Both the position numbers and the translations under genes were made by a program. Under the pieces are notes generated by a model. It had not been told where the DNA came from and ran no database searches. It saw only the letters and a list, made by a program, of their open reading frames with translations. This document shows, piece by piece, positions 31,827-38,136 of a stretch of 38,136 bases of DNA. The stretch comes from Thermoplasmatota archaeon (lineage in GTDB: Archaea; Thermoplasmatota; JAQUQK01), in the NCBI GenBank assembly GCA_028716125.1, contig JAQUQK010000003.1:1-38136 (forward strand), in the 5' to 3' direction. How positions within the stretch are numbered: the first letter of the stretch is position 1; each line of letters begins with the position of its first letter.

Positions 31827-31986
31827 TTTTCAACTCCATCTGCACCCGCTTTTGGTGCTGCAAAATCCTCTCTTCTCGGTGAGGGTCTATTTTCTTTGAT
31901 GTTTCGACTCGGCGATAAGAAACACGACTATCCTGCCTAAATTCCCTCAACCTCACATATCTACTACCGTCCCTTATCAGTATCAT
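31822..31986 (-). CDS. Small basic protein (54 aa), below the ORF-track cut-off
   Basis: Hand translation: MILIRDGSRYVRLREFRQDSRVSYRRVETSKKIDPHREERILQHQKRVQMELKNAG. It has a TAATG overlap with the TerL stop and overlaps the next start. Confidence 0.4.
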
Positions 31987-33374
31987 TACATGCTCATGGG
32001 GCTTTTCTTCTGTTGTCGACCAGTAAGGATTTTTTCTTGAACGGGACTAATGAACTGTAACGCCCACAATCCCATTATCCTCGTATCTGCTCTATCCGGC
32101 GACCGGCCTAATCGCTTCGGCGATTTGATTTCTTCTTTGTCCTCAATCTGAATCCTGCCGGCAGTAGCGAATCTGTATTGCACCGTTGTTAGTTGCCTGT
32201 CGAGTTCATCATCAACATGCCCCCCTTCCTCTATGGCACCGTCTGAATACTTCTCCCCGGCCGTCCACCACATCTCGGCCCTCGTATTGATAAACCTGTC
32301 TGGTTGCTGACTCTTCGCCTGAGAATGAATCTCGATAACAGCAAAGCCCCACGACTTGAGAAAGTCTGCTATCGGGCCGCCTAAGCCGTCACAATCCATC
32401 ACTATAACCGGCTTGTCCTCTCCGATAGCGTGTTTGTTCGACATTGCGGCGCACTTATTGGCTACTACGGTCCCGTCACACTTACCGAAAATATCTTCCT
32501 CGATGATTTTTGTATTTTCAAAATAGTAAATAACACACTCATCATCGCCGAAGCGGGCCGGGTCGCAAACCACCAAACGGCGGAGGTCTTTAGTGTAAAA
32601 ATGTTTCTCCCTGGCCTCCGCAAGCCATTCCTGCTTTATGACTATGTTCGTCCCTGATAATGCCGACCAATCGCCTTTTAAGTAGGCCGCCAATCTTTCG
32701 GGCCTCCTGGCAAAGACGCGCTCGAGACGTGGTATATAATCGTCAGGCAGGAAGGGATTGTCTGTCGGTAGCGCCTGCAGGTATCGCCGGCAACCAGTAT
32801 TCGGTTTATCTACAAAGGCGTGCTTTAACCAGCATTGGGCCGGATTCGCAGTTAAAAGACCTTTGTATTTTAGTGCTACACCGTTTATTTTCAACCGCAG
32901 GGTTACTTGCAACATGTCGTGTTCATCTTCGGAAATTTCCTCCGCCTGGTCGATGAAATAAAAGGCCAACTCCATCGAGTTAAACTTTTGAATCAAGGCG
33001 CGGTCGTCAAAGCCGCCGAAGAAAATCTTAACCGTACCCCTAATAATTATTTCGCCCTTCTGCTCGTTTATCTCGTATGCCTCTGCAGGGACTTCCCGTT
33101 TCCACGTCTCTAATGTTGTCTTTTTGAAATCTGCGGCACGCTTGCGGCCCATAAACCCGACAGCTATCGGATACTTTGAGGGCTTGAGATTAAAGTCTCT
33201 TATAATAGCGCAGCATTGACGATATACCCACCGAACCCCGACTACTGTTTTTCCTCCGCCTTTGGCCCCGCCATATAATTCCTCTTCAACAGCATCGTCC
33301 TCAATAATATCAAGGGCTTTGTTCTGCTTAGGAGAGTATTGCCAGTTTATCTCGGTCTGATTTATATCCACCAT
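31986..33374 (-). CDS. terL: Terminase large subunit
   Basis: Walker A motif YGGAKGGGKT. C-terminal nuclease-type region (VVCDPARFGDDE...MDCDGLGGPIAD). The likely ATG is at 33374 (MVDINQ...); the track start is at 33386. Confidence 0.9.
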   Translation of the reverse strand: MVDINQTEINWQYSPKQNKALDIIEDDAVEEELYGGAKGGGKTVVGVRWVYRQCCAIIRDFNLKPSKYPIAVGFMGRKRAADFKKTTLETWKREVPAEAYEINEQKGEIIIRGTVKIFFGGFDDRALIQKFNSMELAFYFIDQAEEISEDEHDMLQVTLRLKINGVALKYKGLLTANPAQCWLKHAFVDKPNTGCRRYLQALPTDNPFLPDDYIPRLERVFARRPERLAAYLKGDWSALSGTNIVIKQEWLAEAREKHFYTKDLRRLVVCDPARFGDDECVIYYFENTKIIEEDIFGKCDGTVVANKCAAMSNKHAIGEDKPVIVMDCDGLGGPIADFLKSWGFAVIEIHSQAKSQQPDRFINTRAEMWWTAGEKYSDGAIEEGGHVDDELDRQLTTVQYRFATAGRIQIEDKEEIKSPKRLGRSPDRADTRIMGLWALQFISPVQEKILTGRQQKKSPMSM

Positions 33375-33489
33375 AAATAACCGCACCTAAGACACCTTCT
33401 TGCGGCAGTCGAACCTGTATCTCTTTCAACGTAAGCGGTGTCTCTCCTGCAATCCCACTTATGATCAAACAACCAACATATCAACTTTT

Positions 33490-33909
33490 TCATCCAGTAA
33501 GGCATTTTCCACCTTTCGCTTTCGTTGATTTTGGGGCGGGCCTGTTCTCGTTAAAAATTATATTACCGTGAACTACTACCCCGCCGCCTTCTTTGATGAG
33601 ATTGAATTTCTTAGCAAGAATCTCAAGACTTCTAAGTTTAATAATATCCCTCTTTTTAGAAAAGGCCAATTTTTCTATCTCCCGAATAACATCTTCGGCG
33701 GTTTTTAAGGTGTTTTTTGTGGCCTTATCCGCCAGCTTTTGGAGATATGCTTGACATTGTGGTTTGTTTATGGTTTTGCACGCCTCCACAATCAAAGTAT
33801 CGCCTGTGCATTTCGAGCCAGCCAGTTTATATGCTCTTGCCTGGCTTGGCTTCTTCATCTTAAAGTAAATCTCACACGTACGACGCTGTAATGGCGTTAG
33901 CTTTCTCAT
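33490..33909 (-). CDS. terS: Terminase small subunit (Terminase_2-like)
   Basis: 139 aa: LTPLQRRTCEIYFKMKKPSQARAYKLAG...CQAYLQKL. Directly upstream of TerL. Confidence 0.75.
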   Translation of the reverse strand: MRKLTPLQRRTCEIYFKMKKPSQARAYKLAGSKCTGDTLIVEACKTINKPQCQAYLQKLADKATKNTLKTAEDVIREIEKLAFSKKRDIIKLRSLEILAKKFNLIKEGGGVVVHGNIIFNENRPAPKSTKAKGGKCLTG

Positions 33910-33927
33910 AAGTAAAGTATCGGAATA

Positions 33928-34518
33928 TCAGGGGTTAGAAAATAATCCAACCTGACCGCGTAACTGTTCGGCGACGGGGACGCCGGTATCTTTGACGGCA
34001 ATTCTTCTGCGGGCCTCTTCGCAATACTTCGGCGACTTATCTATGCCGCAAAATCTTCTGTTGTGCTGGCTTGCCGGTATGCGCGACCAACCAACGCCGC
34101 AGAAGGGGTCAAGAACATAATCGCCTTCATTCGACCAGTAGAGTATAAACTTTCGGGCCAATGCTATCGGCTTCTGCGTAGGATGAACTCTGGCCCCATC
34201 TTCCTTTGTTGTGTTGCCGACTATCGGCCGGATACCATAATCGGGGGCCTGACCGAGTTTGTAATTGTAGGTCAACTTGCCCCCCCCCTTCTGCCACATT
34301 CCGATTATCTCCCAACCGTTCATCCACTTTACTTTTCGGGCCTGCGGTACAGGGTTTGATTTTAGGTCTGCATAATATCCTTTTAGCTTAAAGCTGTATT
34401 TACTTTGTAGATAACGACTTAGGAAATTTATTTTGTCCCTGTCAAAGTAGCAGCAGAACATTCCGCCCGGCCTGAGTATCCTTACCGCCTCATCTACCCA
34501 AGCGAAAGTCCAGAGCAT
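33928..34518 (-). CDS. DNA methyltransferase (beta-class N6/N4 family), 5'-truncated: catalytic motif IV absent
   Basis: 196 aa with RILRPGG, HPTQKPIAL and VLDPFCGVGWS (motif I), but no (D/S)PPY anywhere. The in-frame upstream sequence hits TAA at 34591..34593 and then TGA. Confidence 0.7.
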   Translation of the reverse strand: MLWTFAWVDEAVRILRPGGMFCCYFDRDKINFLSRYLQSKYSFKLKGYYADLKSNPVPQARKVKWMNGWEIIGMWQKGGGKLTYNYKLGQAPDYGIRPIVGNTTKEDGARVHPTQKPIALARKFILYWSNEGDYVLDPFCGVGWSRIPASQHNRRFCGIDKSPKYCEEARRRIAVKDTGVPVAEQLRGQVGLFSNP

Positions 34519-34545
34519 AAACGCATCGATGCTACCAGAAGAAGA

Positions 34546-34583
34546 GCCAAAACTATAAAGGCTACTCTTTGGAGAGAGTAGCC
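34546..34583 (-). terminator. Intrinsic terminator in the late-operon leader
   Basis: The minus strand has GGCTACTCT-CTCCAA-AGAGTAGCC, a perfect 9-bp stem, followed by TTTATAGTTTTGG. Confidence 0.6.
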
Positions 34584-34656
34584 AGTTTTGTTACCCTATC
34601 GTTCACGGATGGCAAACGTTAGGGCGGGCCGAAGCCCGATATATTGTGCAAACACC

Positions 34657-34684
34657 ATTATCGACACTTCAGCCTAATTGTCAA
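34657..34684 (-). promoter_or_regulatory. Strong sigma70-type promoter (TTGACA-16-GATAAT) facing the packaging/structural genes
   Basis: The -35 is at 34684..34679 and the -10 at 34662..34657. It is the best promoter match I found in the window. Confidence 0.6.
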
Positions 34685-34792
34685 GAGCCATTCCAGAAAG
34701 GAGTCGCGCTATGCGCTCGCAAACCTATGGTAGGCCGTTAAAGCGGCATTGGGTTTTTGCGTCCTTTAATGGCCTATAATGGCTCGGACGGC

Positions 34793-34821
34793 GTGCGCCC
34801 AGTAGTGTAAGCTGGGCGCAC
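34793..34821. promoter_or_regulatory. Perfect 10-bp inverted repeat GTGCGCCCAG-N9-CTGGGCGCAC
   Basis: Read directly. It lies between a plus-strand TATAAT (34775..34780) and the HNH start, flanked by T7/A7 runs. Confidence 0.45.
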
Positions 34822-34859
34822 AGTATTAAAAAAATTTTGCAAAATAGGAGAAAATAATT

Positions 34860-35090
34860 ATGGCTTTTCCGCAATCAGTAATTGACGCTGTATGGAGACG
34901 GTCTGGTGGTAAATGTGAATGCACCCGAAAACTTTGTGGTCATACAGGCCGTTGCTACAAAGATTTAACCGCATATAATTGGAACGCCCATCATATAACG
35001 GCAGTTTCATTAGGTGGAGACGACACCTTAAGCAATTGCGAAGCTCTTTGCTTACCTTGCCACAAAAACACAGGTTCTTATGGAGGTTAA
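34860..35090 (+). CDS. Small HNH endonuclease (76 aa)
   Basis: CECTRKLCGH...WNAHHITAVSLGGDDTLSNCEALCLPCHKNT is a classic HNH motif. RBS is AGGAGAAAATAATT-ATG. It is antisense to the surrounding operons. Confidence 0.8.
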   Translation: MAFPQSVIDAVWRRSGGKCECTRKLCGHTGRCYKDLTAYNWNAHHITAVSLGGDDTLSNCEALCLPCHKNTGSYGG

Positions 35091-35359
35091 GCCTTATTAA
35101 GTAGCTGTATCTCCATATACCGGCCTATTCCTGAACTGGGCCAAAAGAGGCGCAACTCGAAGTTTTTGTAGCCATTTTGGCCCAGTAGGTTATAAAGCTG
35201 TCGCGCTTCTTCTTCAAAACCATACCATTCCATCTGGACAGTCTTATTATGCCCACAAGAACAAAAGGTGTTAAACCCATTATTGCGCAGTAAATATACC
35301 AAATCCCGAACGGGCTCTTCTATTCGGTCATACCAATTATTTTTAGGGGGTTTTTTCAA
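35087..35359 (-). CDS. Hypothetical protein (up to 90 aa, TTG start uncertain)
   Basis: ORF track. No convincing RBS; an alternative start is an internal Met. Contains CSCGH. Confidence 0.4.
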   Translation of the reverse strand: MKKPPKNNWYDRIEEPVRDLVYLLRNNGFNTFCSCGHNKTVQMEWYGFEEEARQLYNLLGQNGYKNFELRLFWPSSGIGRYMEIQLLNKA

Positions 35360-35360
35360 A

Positions 35361-35504
35361 TTAGGACACTACCAGATATTCACCTGGCCCAACTATTTTT
35401 TTTGTTTTGCGGCCATCGGCGTATTTATAGCAACTGTAATGCCGTTTAAATAATGCCATTGCGTCCCCGTCTCCGTCTTTGGCAGCATACCAGTATCCGG
35501 TCAT
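35361..35504 (-). CDS. Small protein (47 aa), below the ORF-track cut-off
   Basis: Hand translation: MTGYWYAAKDGDGDAMALFKRHYSCYKYADGRKTKKIVGPGEYLVVS. It has an ATGA overlap with the rusA stop. Confidence 0.4.
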   Translation of the reverse strand: MTGYWYAAKDGDGDAMALFKRHYSCYKYADGRKTKKIVGPGEYLVVS

Positions 35505-35953
35505 AGCTCCTCTACCCTTACCAGTGCGCCCGTCTTGTCGCCGAATACTTTAGTGGCTGTCAATTCGACTATCTGTGAATCATCGCGCCATATAAGACCT
35601 GTTAAGGCGTCCCCTGTTGAACGTATTAGCTTATCGAGGTCGGGACGATGGAAGGGATGCTGCGGCGCGGACTTCTTTAGCTTGTCTGCGTTTGCCCCTG
35701 AGCCGAAATGACTTTGAGGCCGAATGAAAATAAACGTAATCGACACTTTGAGCGGCCCTGTAAGCAAAACCCTCCGACCGTAAACCGTCTGGCCGTATGG
35801 TGATTGAGTAAACGCCCACTTGACCGCCTCCTGCCAGGGCTTCTGAAACTTAGAGGCCGGGGCTACTATCATCTTCCCTTGTGGCGTTTTGAACGCCACT
35901 TTAGAACCCGAACCCGCGGGCCTGCCCTGCACCAAAAAGGATATCTCACTCAT
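35501..35953 (-). CDS. rusA: RusA-family Holliday junction resolvase
   Basis: 150 aa: FLVQGRPAGSGSK...HRPDLDKLIRSTGDALTGLIWRDDSQIV. Confidence 0.85.
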   Translation of the reverse strand: MSEISFLVQGRPAGSGSKVAFKTPQGKMIVAPASKFQKPWQEAVKWAFTQSPYGQTVYGRRVLLTGPLKVSITFIFIRPQSHFGSGANADKLKKSAPQHPFHRPDLDKLIRSTGDALTGLIWRDDSQIVELTATKVFGDKTGALVRVEEL

Positions 35954-36408
35954 TTTTTATCTCCCACTTTGCAAGATTTGTTTTCCCTAAGTTTATAGTG
36001 CGGTAACTGTTCGCTGATGGTTTTGCGGATTGTCTTGAGTAAATAGTAATTGCTGCCCTTCTGTAACACGGTCAGCAGGCCCTTTAGGTATCGCTCGTTG
36101 ATTCTTAAAGTAGTCCGGGCTTCCGGGATAGGGTCGAATACATCCAGCCGCCAGAACTCCCGCCTGAATACCCTGTTAGCTACAAGAAGGCGGGCTATGA
36201 CCTTTTGGGAGTTCAGGTAGTGATATTTTTTGTGTGAAAGCAATCCCTCGTTGATTTGGGCTATCTCCTCGTAACTTTCCTTCAAGACTGCGAGTTGGTG
36301 TTTCAGATTGTCGATTTCTCGGCGGGATCGTAATTCACCTTCGTTGACGCCGGCTTGAAATATCACCCTGTCGTTGTCTGTGAACTGCTTATCTTTTTTC
36401 GTAGCCAT
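35950..36408 (-). CDS. Hypothetical protein (152 aa)
   Basis: ORF track. Its stop overlaps the rusA start. Confidence 0.6.
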   Translation of the reverse strand: MATKKDKQFTDNDRVIFQAGVNEGELRSRREIDNLKHQLAVLKESYEEIAQINEGLLSHKKYHYLNSQKVIARLLVANRVFRREFWRLDVFDPIPEARTTLRINERYLKGLLTVLQKGSNYYLLKTIRKTISEQLPHYKLRENKSCKVGDKK

Positions 36409-36423
36409 CCGTGGCGCCCCTTT

Positions 36424-36771
36424 TTACAAAACCTTTTCTAAAATCCTAACCAACCTCTCCCATTCCTCTTGAGGTTCGTCTTTGCCGATAAACCTTTGGT
36501 CAGCGAGCCATACCAATCTGTGCAAAAGCAAGTGAATTGCCTCGTGTTTGCCACCATTTTCCGGCGTAGGACGAGCTTCGTAATCCACCTTATCTAATTC
36601 TGAATTGTATTTCACTGTGGCGCATTTGCCGTATTCATCAACGAAAATCTCTGCGTAGTTATCTCTTAATTTAGTGTGGAAAAAGTCAATTCTGTAAGGG
36701 CAAAACAACCTGTCCGCCCAATACAGGAATGATTTTTTGAACTCCTCAAAGTCCTTTTTGCTGGTTTTCAT
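36424..36771 (-). CDS. HExxH-motif protein (putative small metallopeptidase)
   Basis: Contains GGKHEAIHLLLHRL. The ATG at 36771 (MKTSKKDF...) has an AGGAG RBS and follows the upstream stop. The track start is at 36846. Confidence 0.55.
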   Translation of the reverse strand: MKTSKKDFEEFKKSFLYWADRLFCPYRIDFFHTKLRDNYAEIFVDEYGKCATVKYNSELDKVDYEARPTPENGGKHEAIHLLLHRLVWLADQRFIGKDEPQEEWERLVRILEKVL

Positions 36772-36773
36772 TT

Positions 36774-36977
36774 TCACTCCTCGCGCCTGAAAGTGCCTAT
36801 ATGTTTCATCCCAAGTTCGGCGTTCACTTTGCGGTTGGCTTCCCATTGCGGCATATCGTCTCGATTAACCCAAAGAACCTCGGCTTCTACATCGCCTTCG
36901 ATGTTTGCGAATACTTCGAGTTCGGGGACAAGCTCGCTCGGCGGATTAACGACAATGATTATTTTGGGTTTGCTCAT
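36774..36977 (-). CDS. Hypothetical protein (67 aa)
   Basis: The ATG at 36977 (MSKPKIIIVVNPP...) has a GGAGA RBS and an ATGA overlap with the upstream stop. Confidence 0.5.
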   Translation of the reverse strand: MSKPKIIIVVNPPSELVPELEVFANIEGDVEAEVLWVNRDDMPQWEANRKVNAELGMKHIGTFRREE

Positions 36978-37510
36978 TTTTGCTCTCCAAACGGCGATTG
37001 TCTGCAACGAACCGACTCCGGCAATTCGTTAAACTTGTGGACGATTTTCAGTTTTGGTTTGCCTTCGCCGCAATGTAGTTTGGCATCTTCGGGCGTTCTG
37101 AATAGCTTGCCGTTCATTTGCCACATATGCACCGCCTTTACCCATACCGGCACGCCTGCGGCCTTGCATTGCTCGACTACGCTTTCGATGTTTCCTATCG
37201 GGCAGTAGCGGGCGTTTGCGCCTGTCTCTGCGCCGACAATGACCCAGTCAAGAGACGGTACACCCAAACAACATTCGCATTTTGGATTACTTTTTACAGA
37301 ACCACATTCAGAACAAGCCCCTATTACTTGACCGGCTGGCCCATCACACAATTCAATTTCCCCCAGCAATGGCTCTAAACTGACAAACCTGTGCGCCGCC
37401 GGTATCTGTAAAAGTGTCGGGATTCTTTCGTCTGCATACTGCTGGTTTTCTGCGGTAACGCCGAGCCAGAGATTGTCGTAATCTATCCGCCTATTTTTTA
37501 CAGCACTCAT
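36974..37510 (-). CDS. Gp37/Gp68 (DUF5131) family protein, C-terminal half
   Basis: NLWLGVTAEN...RFVSLEPLLGEI...LDWVIVGAETG...AGVPVWVK. Carries a Cys-rich insert CSECGSVKSNPKCECC. Confidence 0.7.
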   Translation of the reverse strand: MSAVKNRRIDYDNLWLGVTAENQQYADERIPTLLQIPAAHRFVSLEPLLGEIELCDGPAGQVIGACSECGSVKSNPKCECCLGVPSLDWVIVGAETGANARYCPIGNIESVVEQCKAAGVPVWVKAVHMWQMNGKLFRTPEDAKLHCGEGKPKLKIVHKFNELPESVRCRQSPFGEQK

Positions 37511-37513
37511 CCA

Positions 37514-37921
37514 TTAAGAAAACTTTAGTAATCGTTCAGGTCGTTTCGTTAAAATCAAAAAGGTATGGTTCAAATTGGTCGTATTTGAATTGAACATCGT
37601 GTCCCAAACGCTTTCGGCAAACTCAAACGGCACGTCCTTATGAAACAGGTCTGACATCGAATCGACAAAGATTATTCTCGGCTCGCGCCAGTGAAGGGGT
37701 TTATCTAACCGCTCAGGCAGTAGTTGAATTTCATTGAACGGCTTGGCGTATTGCTTCGGCAGTTTCGCGCCTGCCATAAAAGCTAAATGACGTTTGGTAT
37801 GAATGTCGCAAGCATAACAGTTATCGCAGGCAGGCGATATCTTTGAGCATCCTGCTGTCGGATTCCAACTGCACCCCCTGTCCCACCATTGACCCGTTTC
37901 AATCATCTTGCTTCGGTTCAT
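37514..37921 (-). CDS. Gp37/Gp68 (DUF5131) family protein, N-terminal half
   Basis: WNPTAGCSKISPACDNCYA...IIFVDSMSDLFH...FLILTKRPERL. The likely ATG is at 37921 (GGGAG RBS). It ends at a TAA that is in frame with the next ORF. Confidence 0.7.
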   Translation of the reverse strand: MNRSKMIETGQWWDRGCSWNPTAGCSKISPACDNCYACDIHTKRHLAFMAGAKLPKQYAKPFNEIQLLPERLDKPLHWREPRIIFVDSMSDLFHKDVPFEFAESVWDTMFNSNTTNLNHTFLILTKRPERLLKFS

Positions 37922-37923
37922 TG

Positions 37924-38136
37924 TTACTCCCATAAGGCATCAACATCAGGATAATCCGTTCTGACTATATCCGCACATTGAGCAAGATTGGCGGCGTAGG
38001 CGGCGGCGTAGGCGGCGTTGGCGGCGTTGGCGGCGGCGTAGGCGGCGTTGGCGGCGGCGTTGGCGGCGGCGTAGGCGGCGTTGGCGGCGGCGTAGGCGGC
38101 GTTGGCGGCGTTGGCGGCGGCGTTTCGCACATCATC
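37924..38136 (-). CDS. Ala/Asn/Tyr-repeat protein, C-terminal part (continuation of 1..483)
   Basis: The frame is open to the window edge: DDVRN(AAAN/AAN/AAY)n...AANLAQCADIVRTDYPDVDALWE-stop. The track's apparent Met is the internal GTG (Val) of DDVRN. Confidence 0.75.
   Translation of the reverse strand, partial: DDVRNAAANAANAAYAAANAAYAAANAAANAAYAAANAANAAYAAAYAANLAQCADIVRTDYPDVDALWE
38011..38136. other. Terminal overlap: exact copy of 52..177
   Basis: Base-by-base comparison. Identity breaks at 38010 versus 51 (a versus t), inside the tandem repeat. Confidence 0.9.

Noticed and set aside
34703-34771. A 22-aa plus-strand miniORF (MRSQTYGRPLKRHWVFASFNGL) has a good AAAGGAG ribosome-binding site.
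   Set aside because: It is too short to support without conservation or expression data. It lies upstream of the only plausible plus-strand -10 box in the region.
34519-34860. The 340-nt ORF-free structured region next to an HNH gene might be a HEARO/omega-RNA-like ncRNA, or a group I intron interrupting the methyltransferase.
   Set aside because: The HNH protein is only 76 aa, with no RuvC or IscB-type domains, and lies on the other strand. No upstream methyltransferase exon with a DPPY motif exists within 1.5 kb. The structures are adequately explained by a TTGACA-16-GATAAT promoter, a leader terminator and a 5'-UTR hairpin for the HNH gene.
35340-35372. A programmed frameshift at the A6C5 run (GAAAAAACCCCCT) might fuse the 47-aa and 90-aa ORFs.
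   Set aside because: The upstream frame stops at TAA 35361..35363, and the downstream frame is closed by TAG at 35369..35371. That leaves only a 2-codon window, which does not include the homopolymer run.

Overview
The window is a complete tailed-phage genome of about 37.96 kb, either circularly closed or terminally redundant. The last 126 nt (38011..38136) are identical to 52..177, and one gene is split across the window edge. About 60 tightly packed genes sit on the minus strand, many with ATGA/TAATG start-stop overlaps; only three genes are on the plus strand.

Modules in minus-strand transcription order (descending coordinates):
- (a) Early block, 6180 to 586: small Zn-finger proteins, two winged-helix proteins, a coiled-coil protein, an embedded tRNA-Met(CAU), an HNH-like protein and an HD hydrolase.
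- (b) A putative origin/operator with TGCCCTAAG iterons at 533..586.
- (c) A block that wraps the junction (483 to 1, then 38136 to 35087): an Ala/Asn/Tyr-repeat protein, a Gp37/Gp68 (DUF5131) gene split by an in-frame TAA, an HExxH protein and RusA.
- (d) A consensus-like sigma70 promoter followed by a leader terminator (34684 to 34546), resembling the lambda late-gene control unit.
- (e) A 5'-truncated DNA methyltransferase, TerS, TerL, portal, five small membrane/lipoprotein/Cys-rich genes, scaffold and an N4-gp56-type major capsid protein.
- (f) Fibre and tail genes, three of which have signal-peptide-like N-termini, then a nozzle-like protein and three internal-virion-like proteins, one of 1686 aa.
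- (g) A lysis cassette built around a C92 (YiiX-like) papain-fold amidase.

The plus strand carries a tyrosine integrase with its own TTGACT promoter and an upstream palindrome, a 2-TM miniprotein, and a 76-aa HNH endonuclease. A GNAT acetyltransferase with its own promoter sits next to int like a moron.

I recognised no DNA polymerase, primase/helicase or CI-type repressor. The layout suggests a temperate podovirus-like phage. The host is unknown, but strong AGGAG ribosome-binding sites and TTGACA-type promoters argue against Bacteroidota-type expression signals.

All functional calls come from motif recognition by eye, not from searches. Hand-derived coordinates for non-ORF features may be off by 1-2 nt.
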